IMG/VR virus record: IMGVR_UViG_3300037993_000169
Location: 1 to 53,821 of that record
Reading direction: 5' to 3' (one strand)
Source: a virus
Taxonomy: Duplodnaviria; Caudoviricetes
DNA: 53,821 nucleotides
Shown here: in pieces, positions 44,800-53,491 of the stretch
Layout of the letters: each line of letters opens with the position of its first letter
Numbering within the stretch: position 1 is the first letter of the stretch
Notes under the pieces: generated by a model
Told to the model about the DNA's origin: nothing
Seen by the model: only the letters and a program-made list of their open reading frames with translations
Database searches by the model: none
Position numbers and translations under genes: made by a program

Positions 44800-46572
44800 A
44801 TGAAGCGGCTTCCCTCTCTCTGCCTGTTCGCCCTTCTTTTTATGCCGGGTGTCGCCATGAGCGCGACGTGGTACGTCAACCCCTCCGGTGCTCAGTTTGT
44901 CGGCACTCAGGGCACCTATCAGATAGGCAACGACTCTACCGGGAGCGGCACCCTTGCGACGCCTTACGCCACTATCGGCAAGGTCATAACACAGATGGCC
45001 TCAAACGACGTGGCCTATGTTGCCGCCTCGACCGACACGGAATCCGTCATCACTTTCACTACGGGGCAGAGCGGAAAGAACCTTACTATCACGGCAGACG
45101 GAACGGTCAATATCGCCCCAGCAAGCGGGTCCGCCTGCATCTATACGACCACCAGTTTTACAAGCGGCATCCTCACTTTTAACGGCCTCAATCTTGTAGC
45201 GACCGGCACAACTTACGATTTGCAGGTCAAGGGACTCGGAACAATAGTTTTCAACGGCTCCGGCGCAGCGGGCAACATCAACGGGCAAGGGACGATAGGC
45301 AACTCCAGCATGACGGGGAACATTATACTGTTCCAATCGTCAACCCCCGGCCCCACGGTGACATTCAACAATTATACGCTTCAAAATGGATCAAGCGTTT
45401 CCAACGAGACAATATCGATCTATGGCTACGTCAATTTTATATGGAACGGGGGAACGCTCAAGCTCGGCCCCAGCAATGGGATTCATGTTGGCACTACCAT
45501 CACGGGCTGTAATTTTACGGTGCAAAACGCTGTTATCGACAGCACAGCAATAACTTCATCCTCATATTATATGTGGTATGGTGGGGTTTTTAGCCTCGGA
45601 GCCGTCACGTTTAGCGGCAATACGGTTGCCTTTGGAGAGGGGCAAGGCATCGGCATCGACCGGGGCGCAAGTTCTGTCACCATTCAGAACAACACCCTCA
45701 CAACTACAGCCAGCACGGTCAGAACGGCCATAGCGGTAGGAACAGACGGTCCAACTGCAGACGCCCCAGCCATACCTACCGCCACTATTTCGGGCAATAA
45801 AATCTATTTTAACGGTTCGGGCCATTCACACGGCTTGCTAATGGGGATAGGACTCACAAGCGGAAACGCCTATGACAATCTTATAATCGGAGCGGATTAC
45901 GGAATAGTCGTCAAATCTACCGGCGTTTCGGTCCATCATAATATCGCTATAGGCCCCCAGTCTGGGGGGCTTGGCGGTTTGTACGTCAGGCAGGCTCAAA
46001 CCAATACCATTCTCAATAATACGTTCTACGTGACTGCCGGGCCTTCGGTCACCTTCGACCACGAGGTGGGATCGGCAGGGCCACCGTCAGGCAACATCAC
46101 GGAGAACAATATCTTTTACCAGCCGGTAAGCAATACGACAACCGTCCTTTCAGACAGCGAGGGAAGCACGAACGGGAACATGATCGGGAACCAGTTTGAC
46201 TACAACGTCTATTATGCGCCGGGCGCGACCTTCTTTGCATCACTTAATTGCGGGGCAACGCCGCCCACTACTGCGGCTAACATATCGGCCCTAAGAACGG
46301 CGTGGGCGACCTACAGCAGCAGCTATCCGACGAACGACGCGCACAGCGTTGCGAGCGACCCGAAATTTACAAACAAATCAGGCACCTACTCTCTGGCAAC
46401 AGACTTCACCCTCGCCTACAATTCCCCCGCGATCAAGGCCGGAACGAACGTGGGACTCACGACAGACTACCGGGGCCGTCCAGTACCGGCGACACCGGAC
46501 ATAGGCGCGATGCAGCACCTTTACAGCGTGGGGAGGGTGGGCAGCCAGTGGATAGGGGTTTATGACCCATAA
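44800..46572 (+). CDS. Right-handed beta-helix (pectin-lyase-like) protein with predicted signal peptide; candidate depolymerase/adhesin
   Basis: MKRLPSLCLFALLFMPGVAMS-ATWYV; GND...GT...PYATI; Asn-ladder repeats (IQNNT, ISGNK, NNTF, NNIF); C-terminal DFTL..NSPAI.AG...DY.G...PDIGA. Confidence 0.85.
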   Translation: MKRLPSLCLFALLFMPGVAMSATWYVNPSGAQFVGTQGTYQIGNDSTGSGTLATPYATIGKVITQMASNDVAYVAASTDTESVITFTTGQSGKNLTITADGTVNIAPASGSACIYTTTSFTSGILTFNGLNLVATGTTYDLQVKGLGTIVFNGSGAAGNINGQGTIGNSSMTGNIILFQSSTPGPTVTFNNYTLQNGSSVSNETISIYGYVNFIWNGGTLKLGPSNGIHVGTTITGCNFTVQNAVIDSTAITSSSYYMWYGGVFSLGAVTFSGNTVAFGEGQGIGIDRGASSVTIQNNTLTTTASTVRTAIAVGTDGPTADAPAIPTATISGNKIYFNGSGHSHGLLMGIGLTSGNAYDNLIIGADYGIVVKSTGVSVHHNIAIGPQSGGLGGLYVRQAQTNTILNNTFYVTAGPSVTFDHEVGSAGPPSGNITENNIFYQPVSNTTTVLSDSEGSTNGNMIGNQFDYNVYYAPGATFFASLNCGATPPTTAANISALRTAWATYSSSYPTNDAHSVASDPKFTNKSGTYSLATDFTLAYNSPAIKAGTNVGLTTDYRGRPVPATPDIGAMQHLYSVGRVGSQWIGVYDP

Positions 46573-46695
46573 GGTCCGATAGCGGGCCTACCGACATCGG
46601 CACGGAGGTAGAGATGGCACCATTCAAGAAGTCGGACGGTGACGGTGAACCAATAATGACGGATTCGACATGCGGCACACGTGGAGGATGAACTA

Positions 46696-47031
46696 ATGGC
46701 GGTTCCGATGGAGAACACGCACTATCTTATCGAATTTCTTATCGGCCTCACAGGTATGGCGGGAGGGTATACAGTGGCGTGGTTCACTCTCGGCAAGAAA
46801 GTGCAACAGTTGGATAACATCGAGCGGAAAGTGGAAGACATTCAGGGCACCCTTAAACCTGGAATCCTTCCATCAACGCGGATCAAGATCGACTCTCACG
46901 AGGCAAGGATATGCGCCCTCGAAGGGCAGACGTTTTGTGCGGGGCATCCATTGCTGATGAGCAGGGTGGAACATATAGAGGCAGGGGTGGATCGAATCCT
47001 CGATCATATGCTGGAAGGGGCAAGAAAATGA
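46696..47031 (+). CDS. Single-TM plus coiled-coil protein (lysis region, holin-like?)
   Basis: One hydrophobic segment followed by heptad-like sequence; SD GGAGG. Confidence 0.55.
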   Translation: MAVPMENTHYLIEFLIGLTGMAGGYTVAWFTLGKKVQQLDNIERKVEDIQGTLKPGILPSTRIKIDSHEARICALEGQTFCAGHPLLMSRVEHIEAGVDRILDHMLEGARK

Positions 47032-47195
47032 CCCCCCTTGGAAACGCGCTCATCGACCAGTGGAACGCCTCAGACGGGATGACCAGGGCGGAGATGGTGA
47101 AGCACCTGGTAGAGAAATACCCTGACCTGGTATGCGCCGTGATGAGGTCGGAGGGCAAATGCAGGAAGGAGAAAGATCATGAAGCCGGAGGATAA
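47028..47195 (+). CDS. Hypothetical protein
   Basis: ATGA-coupled; overlaps the endolysin start. Confidence 0.45.
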   Translation: MTPLGNALIDQWNASDGMTRAEMVKHLVEKYPDLVCAVMRSEGKCRKEKDHEAGG

Positions 47196-47649
47196 AGACG
47201 TCTTCTACGCCCTTAGCGACGACCAGGCCACAATCCTCACCGTATGGGGAGAGGCCCGGAATCAGTCTATCCTCGGCAAGCAGCTTGTGGCCCAGGTGAT
47301 CGACAACCGTGCGACGAAGCATCGGTTGACCCCAAAGCAGGTGTGCTATCAACCGAATCAGTTTAGCTGTCTCATCTCGACCGATCCCAATTACCCGAAG
47401 ATGCGGGAGATCGCCGGGGACTGGGAGAAGGCGCTGCAATCAAATTCCTCCCTGCAGGAATGCGCCCATACGGTGAGGGGACTCGATGACTTCACGACTC
47501 GGCAGGTGGTGATGGTGAAGCTCATGCGTGCCACATTTTACCGGGTCGTCGGGACGGCGAATGAGTGGTTCGACAATGCAATCAAGGCCGGGAAGCTAAA
47601 AAAGGTGTGTGTCGAAGGGAGTCACGAATTTTTCCGGGAGGTGGTGTGA
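47179..47649 (+). CDS. Endolysin, SleB/Hydrolase_2 family cell-wall hydrolase
   Basis: LTVWGEARNQ...G...VAQVIDNR, VC.QP.QFSC, ATFY and G.H.FF. Confidence 0.9.
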   Translation: MKPEDKDVFYALSDDQATILTVWGEARNQSILGKQLVAQVIDNRATKHRLTPKQVCYQPNQFSCLISTDPNYPKMREIAGDWEKALQSNSSLQECAHTVRGLDDFTTRQVVMVKLMRATFYRVVGTANEWFDNAIKAGKLKKVCVEGSHEFFREVV

Positions 47650-47650
47650 C

Positions 47651-48040
47651 ATGATAAGCGGCATAGAAGTATCGGGCATTTATTACGGGATAGCGCACTA
47701 CTTCCCACCAACGTTTTTGCTGGCAGCGGGGCTTGTTCTCCTTGCTTGGGTCATCTTCGAGAACTGGCTGGCGAGGACCAAGCGCATCAGGGCAAACTGC
47801 ACGGTCGATCTTGTGACGCAAAAATGGCTTGAGCCTCTTGCAATCAAGATACTCAAGGCAGGGGGATGGGATGTATCAGTGCTGCTACAGGGGGTGCAGA
47901 GTGGACGAGGAGACGCAGGAATTGTTGCGCCCGCTCCAGGACAGGTCAGTGGACCCAAAGAGCCTGGAGGGGAAGCTGTTGACGAAAGCAAAGGGAGAGG
48001 GACAGGAGTCGGCGGGCCCTCCACCTGGACACATGAGTGA
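47651..48040 (+). CDS. Holin-like membrane protein
   Basis: Hydrophobic segment followed by ENWLARTKRIRANCT; directly after the endolysin. Confidence 0.5.
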   Translation: MISGIEVSGIYYGIAHYFPPTFLLAAGLVLLAWVIFENWLARTKRIRANCTVDLVTQKWLEPLAIKILKAGGWDVSVLLQGVQSGRGDAGIVAPAPGQVSGPKEPGGEAVDESKGRGTGVGGPSTWTHE

Positions 48041-48140
48041 GGAAGAGGACACGGCAGAGAGCCTACAGACGGATGGTAAGGGGCTGAAAATCGAAGTGAC
48101 CCACGAGTGGCACTTCTAAAAAAACAAGGAGGAAAGGAAT

Positions 48141-48479
48141 ATGATCAAGCCGACAGTGGGAAGAATGATACTTTACACGCCGTCAGCATGGGACAAGCAG
48201 GGGCCGAAAGGCATGGCGGTAGGAACCGGCAAGGAATGTGCGGGGATTATAGTAGCCGTGCATGGCGATAAGTGCATCAACGCTGTAGTTTTTGATGGCA
48301 ACGGTGAAGCGTTCAGCAAGACGAGCGTTAATCTTCTTCAAGACGACGATAAGCCTTACTGCGACGGCGAAGGGAACGATTTGGGCGGCTATTGCAAGTG
48401 GATGGAATACCAGAAAGGCCAAGCGGCAAAAACGGAAGAGCTGGAAAAGAAGTTTCAGGAAGAGAAACAGACCGCATAG
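48141..48479 (+). CDS. Conserved phage hypothetical protein (KPTVGR type)
   Basis: MIKPTVGR...AGII..VH....IN..VFD.NG...WM.YQKGQAAK; strong SD. Confidence 0.75.
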   Translation: MIKPTVGRMILYTPSAWDKQGPKGMAVGTGKECAGIIVAVHGDKCINAVVFDGNGEAFSKTSVNLLQDDDKPYCDGEGNDLGGYCKWMEYQKGQAAKTEELEKKFQEEKQTA

Positions 48480-48504
48480 GCGGAAAAACACAAGGAGGAT
48501 TTTC

Positions 48505-48999
48505 ATGGCATTTACACTGGCAGGGTTCATTCAGGACGTGGATAAAGTAGAGGCATCGGTCAAGGCCGAACTCGCAAAGTTCGAGGCTGATCTGGCTAAG
48601 GCTATGCCGGACATTCAGAAAGTCTTTGCTGCTCTCGCAGCGGCGGCCCCTTTCATGGGAATCATCGACCCGGAGCTTGCACCTGCTGTCCCCGCAATAG
48701 AGGCAATATGCACGGCAGCCCCCACGGTTGCAAACAACATGCTCACGGCGGTCGGCAGCCAGAACGCTAAGGACGCGATCACCAACACGGCGGCTACCCT
48801 TCTGAGCGTCGGACAGGCGGCACAGAAGCTCACCACGGGCGGGGCGCTGACCACGACCGACAAGCTCACGGCATCGGTGACGAACATCGCAACCAACGCA
48901 GTCAACATGCTCGTGGCAGGGCAGGCGGCGATAGCAGCGGCTACTCCTGCCCCTCAGACCTTGACTGAGCAGGAAGCACCTGGAAATACGGCGGCATAA
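48505..48999 (+). CDS. Ala-rich hypothetical protein
   Basis: SD AAGGAGG before ATG 48505; last gene of the rightward late block. Confidence 0.7.
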   Translation: MAFTLAGFIQDVDKVEASVKAELAKFEADLAKAMPDIQKVFAALAAAAPFMGIIDPELAPAVPAIEAICTAAPTVANNMLTAVGSQNAKDAITNTAATLLSVGQAAQKLTTGGALTTTDKLTASVTNIATNAVNMLVAGQAAIAAATPAPQTLTEQEAPGNTAA

Positions 49000-49228
49000 A
49001 CAAAGCAACCTTCACCGGGGCGGGTCATTGTCGGCTCGCCCGCAGAAATAGACAATCTCTTTTGCAGTCACCCGGACGATGATTGCTCCGGGGCCGGAAC
49101 AAAACGAACATTCGGTGTGGATTGGGGTACGTGGTCCCCAGGTCGATGCATCTCCTTCAAGCGGTCTTGGTTCCATACATTCCGTCCTTAAAGTAAAATC
49201 TGCACAATGGTGTATAAAGGCATTGTAA

Positions 49229-49411
49229 TTATTCCCTGTTTTGTTTATATAGGTCTTCGCGTATATTTGCGAGGGTGTTATCATGGCAGGCGGGGCATAC
49301 TATGCCTCTCCAATCGTAAAAAGGGGCGCAGGTAAAATCTCTCTCATGTTCGACCGCATGGCGGCAGGCTGGATGAGCGTTGGGACAATGGGCGGAAGAG
49401 GGGCAGATCAT
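49229..49411 (-). CDS. Small Cys/His-rich hypothetical protein
   Basis: ATGA-coupled to the MazG-like gene; six Cys. Confidence 0.45.
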   Translation of the reverse strand: MICPSSAHCPNAHPACRHAVEHERDFTCAPFYDWRGIVCPACHDNTLANIREDLYKQNRE

Positions 49412-49662
49412 GATTCGGTTTCCGCATCATCAAATGGTCTATCACACACCGAAGCAATGAATTTAACAGCCATAGCCGCTACCTGTAGTGCCTCTTTCCT
49501 CATCCTTACCATGTCCCGTTCTTGGGCCTTCACCTCGTCCCACAGCTCGTCAACCTCTTCCTTCAATACCGAAAAACCCTCATGTGCCGAATAAAAGAAA
49601 GCCCGATGTTTCGCGTTGGACCGTTCCAATTCCGCTTGAACTTCCGCTAAAACGTCGATCAT
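49408..49662 (-). CDS. MazG-like all-alpha NTP pyrophosphohydrolase
   Basis: HEGFSVLKEEVDELWDEVK...MRKEALQVAAMA (EExxE...E pattern; the usual final Asp is Gln). Confidence 0.65.
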   Translation of the reverse strand: MIDVLAEVQAELERSNAKHRAFFYSAHEGFSVLKEEVDELWDEVKAQERDMVRMRKEALQVAAMAVKFIASVCDRPFDDAETES

Positions 49663-49665
49663 GGG

Positions 49666-51867
49666 TCATAACCTCCCTATGGCCGGGAATAAGTCTTTAA
49701 TGACGGGTATATCCCCCTTGTAAGCGACTATGATTTTTTGCTCTCGCTTTGGAAATTTCCGCATATTCATGGTTTTTTTTGCGTGAGCAAGGCGGGTAAA
49801 CTCCGATTCGACGTATACGATTTTGTTGTAAACACTTAAACCCCATGACTTTAGGAAGATTTCTGTCTCGGATTCATGACAGTAATACCCCCCGTTCTTG
49901 TCCCTGCTGTCGCCTGTCATCACAACGAAAAAGCGGTTGTCATTCAGGTGTGCTAAGGCTATTTTGTACCCTGAGAACAAGGCGTCCCTGAATTGATCGT
50001 AGGTACTGAAGGAATTTATCTCACCTTCCGGCGGCTGCCCATCATAGTCGATATATTTTTCCACCTTGTAGTACGGGGGACAGGTGAACATCAGGTCAAA
50101 CATGCCTTCCGGCTCGTAGGTCGAGCTATCGCTCTTTATCCATTTTGCGCTGTTGAGGTCCTGGCATATCATGTTGTTGGCATCGCATTGGTTTTGCCGG
50201 ATTTCGCTCGCAATGTACTCATAGTCGTATGAGCCAGCGATAAACCCGAATTGAACTCCACCGCCAAAAGGGTTGTAAACCCGTCGGCCATCTCGTGGCA
50301 TGAAGAAACGAAGGATGACTTCACATGCCACGGGGTCGAGCACTGAAGCGTTACCGTTGTGGGCGTGTCCTGTTACTACATTGGCAAAGCCGTTTGTCCC
50401 CTGCCAGCAGCCGTCACGGGAAGCGTACAAGGGATTAGCCACACCGCGCAAGGCCCCGGCTTCTTCGATCTTTGCGTTCCAATCTTTCTTGAGTTGTAAC
50501 CATTTGGCCTTGTTGGGTTCCCATACGTTTGTCATGGTGATATGGGCGAGTATCTTCATGCGGATATCTTCGAGCTTGCCGTGAACCATGTAGTGAAAGC
50601 CGGACATTTCCAAGTAAGTTTCAAAGCCTATGCTCTTAAACAATGCCGGTGTCTCAAACGTACTTTTCGGATTGGTCGTCATTATCGCCGGATAGTTGTT
50701 TGTGTTATGAGAAATAGCCTCCAGAACCATACGCTTATACAGGTCGTCGGTATGTCTATCTGGGCGGATAACCGACTGAAGCAGACAAAATTCTTTGACA
50801 ATATCGTTGTTCTGAAAAGTCATAAAACCCGCAAACTCGTCGTTAATTTTCAAGATGATCGCCGAATGAATTTGCATGTTTTTTCTGGCCGCCCGGTGCG
50901 CTATACCGTCCTCAAGGGCCAATGTTGCCACGTCCGTCTCATATCCCGAGCCAATGACGGACGGGACATAGAAAAACTCCGCCTTGTCGTTGAAAAGCGT
51001 CTCCTGACAGATTGCCATTCCCATTATTTCCTCCTCTCTTCCTGTTTTTGGTATCCCCGACATTTCTATCCCGCATTGGTCGGGGCAGCGGGTACATGAT
51101 CCTAAGTAAACCTGCCCGTGTAGCGATACGGTCCTTCCGCCACCTACAGAATCGTCGCGCCGAGTTATCAGAATGTCACCATTAAGCACGTGAGGATTGG
51201 ACAGGCGCACCCTAAGCGGATTGTCAATGACAGGCGCAAGTGACAAAAGATAGTCCTGCTTTTCCTTACGTGACCTCGCCCATTCTGATTTTCCGTAATT
51301 GCAGGTAACGACTCGGCACACACTACGGACGCCTGATGACCGCAGGCGTTCAATCTGAACGATACGGTGTGACAGTTCTGCGTCACTATCAAGGCCGCTC
51401 GTTGAGGTGTTCACGACAGCTTTAAGCCAGCGTAAACCATCAATTTGTTCATCGGTCAATATCTCCCAGTGTTTTGTGATGATTACCGGCGTTTTTTTCG
51501 CCCACCTAAAATCTCGCATTGTCGAGACTGTGTGCGTCCAGTCGTGGCACGGGTCACCAGCGGTTCCGATACGATACCAGCTTACAGGATGAGCCATCAT
51601 GATTTTTGTAAGTGTTGTTCTATGCCACAAGCCGCAGAACTGCCTACTCACGCTTTTTGTGAAGTCAATACCGTACCTGGCTGCGGTCTTCGCCGCATAA
51701 CATTCGCCATAGCACCCCCCGTCCGGATAAGCCTTCATCCCGAAAGAGCACCCTTTTATTGTGTCTACATCGAGTACCCCTTTACCGTTCTCGGTCACGG
51801 TAAGAACAGGGAGATAACGCCTCGGTGATTGAGGTTCCGGCTCATAAAATAAGGATGCCTGTTTCAT
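49666..51867 (-). CDS. Three-domain protein: SPL-like radical SAM, GNAT-like, and amino-DNA methyltransferase
   Basis: N-terminal C-x11-C-x3-C, RIGTAGDP and IITK; middle AGFMTF...LQSVIRPDR...FKSIGF; C-terminal SVLDPV, YNPFGGG (motif I) and FTCPPY (motif IV). Confidence 0.75.
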   Translation of the reverse strand: MKQASLFYEPEPQSPRRYLPVLTVTENGKGVLDVDTIKGCSFGMKAYPDGGCYGECYAAKTAARYGIDFTKSVSRQFCGLWHRTTLTKIMMAHPVSWYRIGTAGDPCHDWTHTVSTMRDFRWAKKTPVIITKHWEILTDEQIDGLRWLKAVVNTSTSGLDSDAELSHRIVQIERLRSSGVRSVCRVVTCNYGKSEWARSRKEKQDYLLSLAPVIDNPLRVRLSNPHVLNGDILITRRDDSVGGGRTVSLHGQVYLGSCTRCPDQCGIEMSGIPKTGREEEIMGMAICQETLFNDKAEFFYVPSVIGSGYETDVATLALEDGIAHRAARKNMQIHSAIILKINDEFAGFMTFQNNDIVKEFCLLQSVIRPDRHTDDLYKRMVLEAISHNTNNYPAIMTTNPKSTFETPALFKSIGFETYLEMSGFHYMVHGKLEDIRMKILAHITMTNVWEPNKAKWLQLKKDWNAKIEEAGALRGVANPLYASRDGCWQGTNGFANVVTGHAHNGNASVLDPVACEVILRFFMPRDGRRVYNPFGGGVQFGFIAGSYDYEYIASEIRQNQCDANNMICQDLNSAKWIKSDSSTYEPEGMFDLMFTCPPYYKVEKYIDYDGQPPEGEINSFSTYDQFRDALFSGYKIALAHLNDNRFFVVMTGDSRDKNGGYYCHESETEIFLKSWGLSVYNKIVYVESEFTRLAHAKKTMNMRKFPKREQKIIVAYKGDIPVIKDLFPAIGRL

Positions 51868-52067
51868 TTTTTCGGCTTCGCTTTCTTTGTCGGTTTTTCA
51901 AACTCGGTAATGGCGGCAATCAGAGTTGACTCAAGCAGCCTTACCTTCTTATCCTTCGTGGTATCCAGCTTTCCTTCCCGTTCCTTACCGTTCAAATGCC
52001 TGCCCATTCTCAGGGCTCGTTCAGCGTTCGCGCATGCTTCCCCACCTCCTTACCTTGTAGTAATATG

Positions 52068-52157
52068 TTTCTACCATGTGCGGGGAAGGCTGTCAAGAAA
52101 ATAATTGCTTTCGACACAAAAAATATGCTTGACAATCTTTCTGTCTCGTAGTAGTAT
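52068..52157. promoter_or_regulatory. Back-to-back divergent sigma70-like promoters
   Basis: Minus: TTGACA (52096-52091)-17-TAGAAA with upstream TG. Plus: TTGACA (52129-52134)-17-TAGTAT. Confidence 0.65.
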
Positions 52158-52202
52158 TCTATCAGCGCATGAACACTCATTAAAAGGAGGCGAAAAAACA
52201 AC

Positions 52203-52361
52203 ATGGCGAGAATATATACAGAGATAGATGACACCCTTTTTGACCAGTTTAAAGCGACCGTTGCCATGAAGCACAAAAAACTGAAGGAGGTCGTTGCAAT
52301 CCTCGTGAAGTCGTATGTCAACAAGAACAAGCCGAAGCCCAAAGACCAGGCCGACAAATAG
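52203..52361 (+). CDS. Ribbon-helix-helix (ParG/Arc-like) regulator, 52 aa
   Basis: Hand translation MARIYTEIDDTLFDQFKATVAMKHKKLKEVVAILVKSYV...; SD AAGGAGG; first gene after the rightward promoter. Confidence 0.75.
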   Translation: MARIYTEIDDTLFDQFKATVAMKHKKLKEVVAILVKSYVNKNKPKPKDQADK

Positions 52362-52534
52362 GGGGAGAAGACGAAGGTTGAAATCAGATCGTGGAGAACT
52401 AACAGTGTACTATACTATTGAAAAAACTTCTGCCGGTTGGGTGGCATTGCGCCAAGAACCCGCCGAAAGGTATACACAAGAAAAAGAATACTCCCCTTTT
52501 CGGCGCGATGAGGGGGCAAAAGAAGGAGGCGCCA

Positions 52535-53080
52535 ATGAATCCTACTCTCACCCATTGGGCGTCAGGCTTACTCGCCGGGGTTGCCTGGCTCGTCACCTAT
52601 GCCATGGACAAGCACAAGAAGGACCATCCTCGCATAGGCGGCGGTGCCTCTGTCGCTGCGGCGATCCTCGCCGGCGCTTTAGCTGTGATCCTCCTCGCGG
52701 GGCTGCTGCTCCTCACGGGCTGCGCGACGTGTAAGCAATCCGCGATCAACGACGCTTCAAAGCGGAACACCACCATTCAATCAGACGAGTTACACGGCGA
52801 CAGTGACGGCGCAATGAGTTGGCTATCCGATCTCTTCAAATCTCCGCCAATCCTTCTTTGCAGGCACATCGCTTGTGCCCTAATCGACAAATACCCCCAA
52901 GGCATCGTAGTGGTGGGGAAGAGGAAGAGCGACGGGGTGGAGCACGCTGAGGTCCATCTGAACGGTGTGGCCCTGACTCTTGTGGACCCGACGATCAGAG
53001 AGATACCCTTCACAGAGTTTGATGGACCCACAGTAGAGTTTGATCGGGACGGGTTTTTATCATTGAAGTATGATAAGTGA
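52535..53080 (+). CDS. Membrane protein with internal lipobox-like LLTGC
   Basis: SD AAGGAGG; two hydrophobic segments, the second ending LLLLTGC. Confidence 0.55.
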   Translation: MNPTLTHWASGLLAGVAWLVTYAMDKHKKDHPRIGGGASVAAAILAGALAVILLAGLLLLTGCATCKQSAINDASKRNTTIQSDELHGDSDGAMSWLSDLFKSPPILLCRHIACALIDKYPQGIVVVGKRKSDGVEHAEVHLNGVALTLVDPTIREIPFTEFDGPTVEFDRDGFLSLKYDK

Positions 53081-53124
53081 GCGGAGTTCTACGACGGATT
53101 CGACACAAAAGGAGGAGAAAGGAT

Positions 53125-53481
53125 ATGGCAAACAAAGCTACAGCGGCAACGGAAATACCACACGGCTATCGTCATGGAGATCTGGCCCTGATCCGCATCG
53201 AGAAGCTCCCGGAAGGGCTGACGGGGGATGAGTCTAAGACCCTGCTGACCGGCAGCCACGGGCATCCGCACACCTATGATGTCGGGGACTTTTACCCTCA
53301 CGTGGAGGGCAATTGCGTAATCGGTTATTTCGTGGCGAGGGGGACCACGCTTTATCACCCCGAGCACGGCGAGGTGATCAACGGGAACGGGTTGCGGCCG
53401 GCGAGGATAGAGGACGGCGTATACGAATTGAGGCGCCAGGTCGAGCACACAAACGAGGGCCTGCGGCCCGTTATCGACTAA
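53125..53481 (+). CDS. His-rich conserved protein that typically accompanies DUF6745 genes
   Basis: YRHGDL, GHPH, LYHPEH and GVYELRRQVE motifs; directly upstream of the DUF6745-like gene. Confidence 0.75.
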   Translation: MANKATAATEIPHGYRHGDLALIRIEKLPEGLTGDESKTLLTGSHGHPHTYDVGDFYPHVEGNCVIGYFVARGTTLYHPEHGEVINGNGLRPARIEDGVYELRRQVEHTNEGLRPVID

Positions 53482-53491
53482 GGGGGACGAA

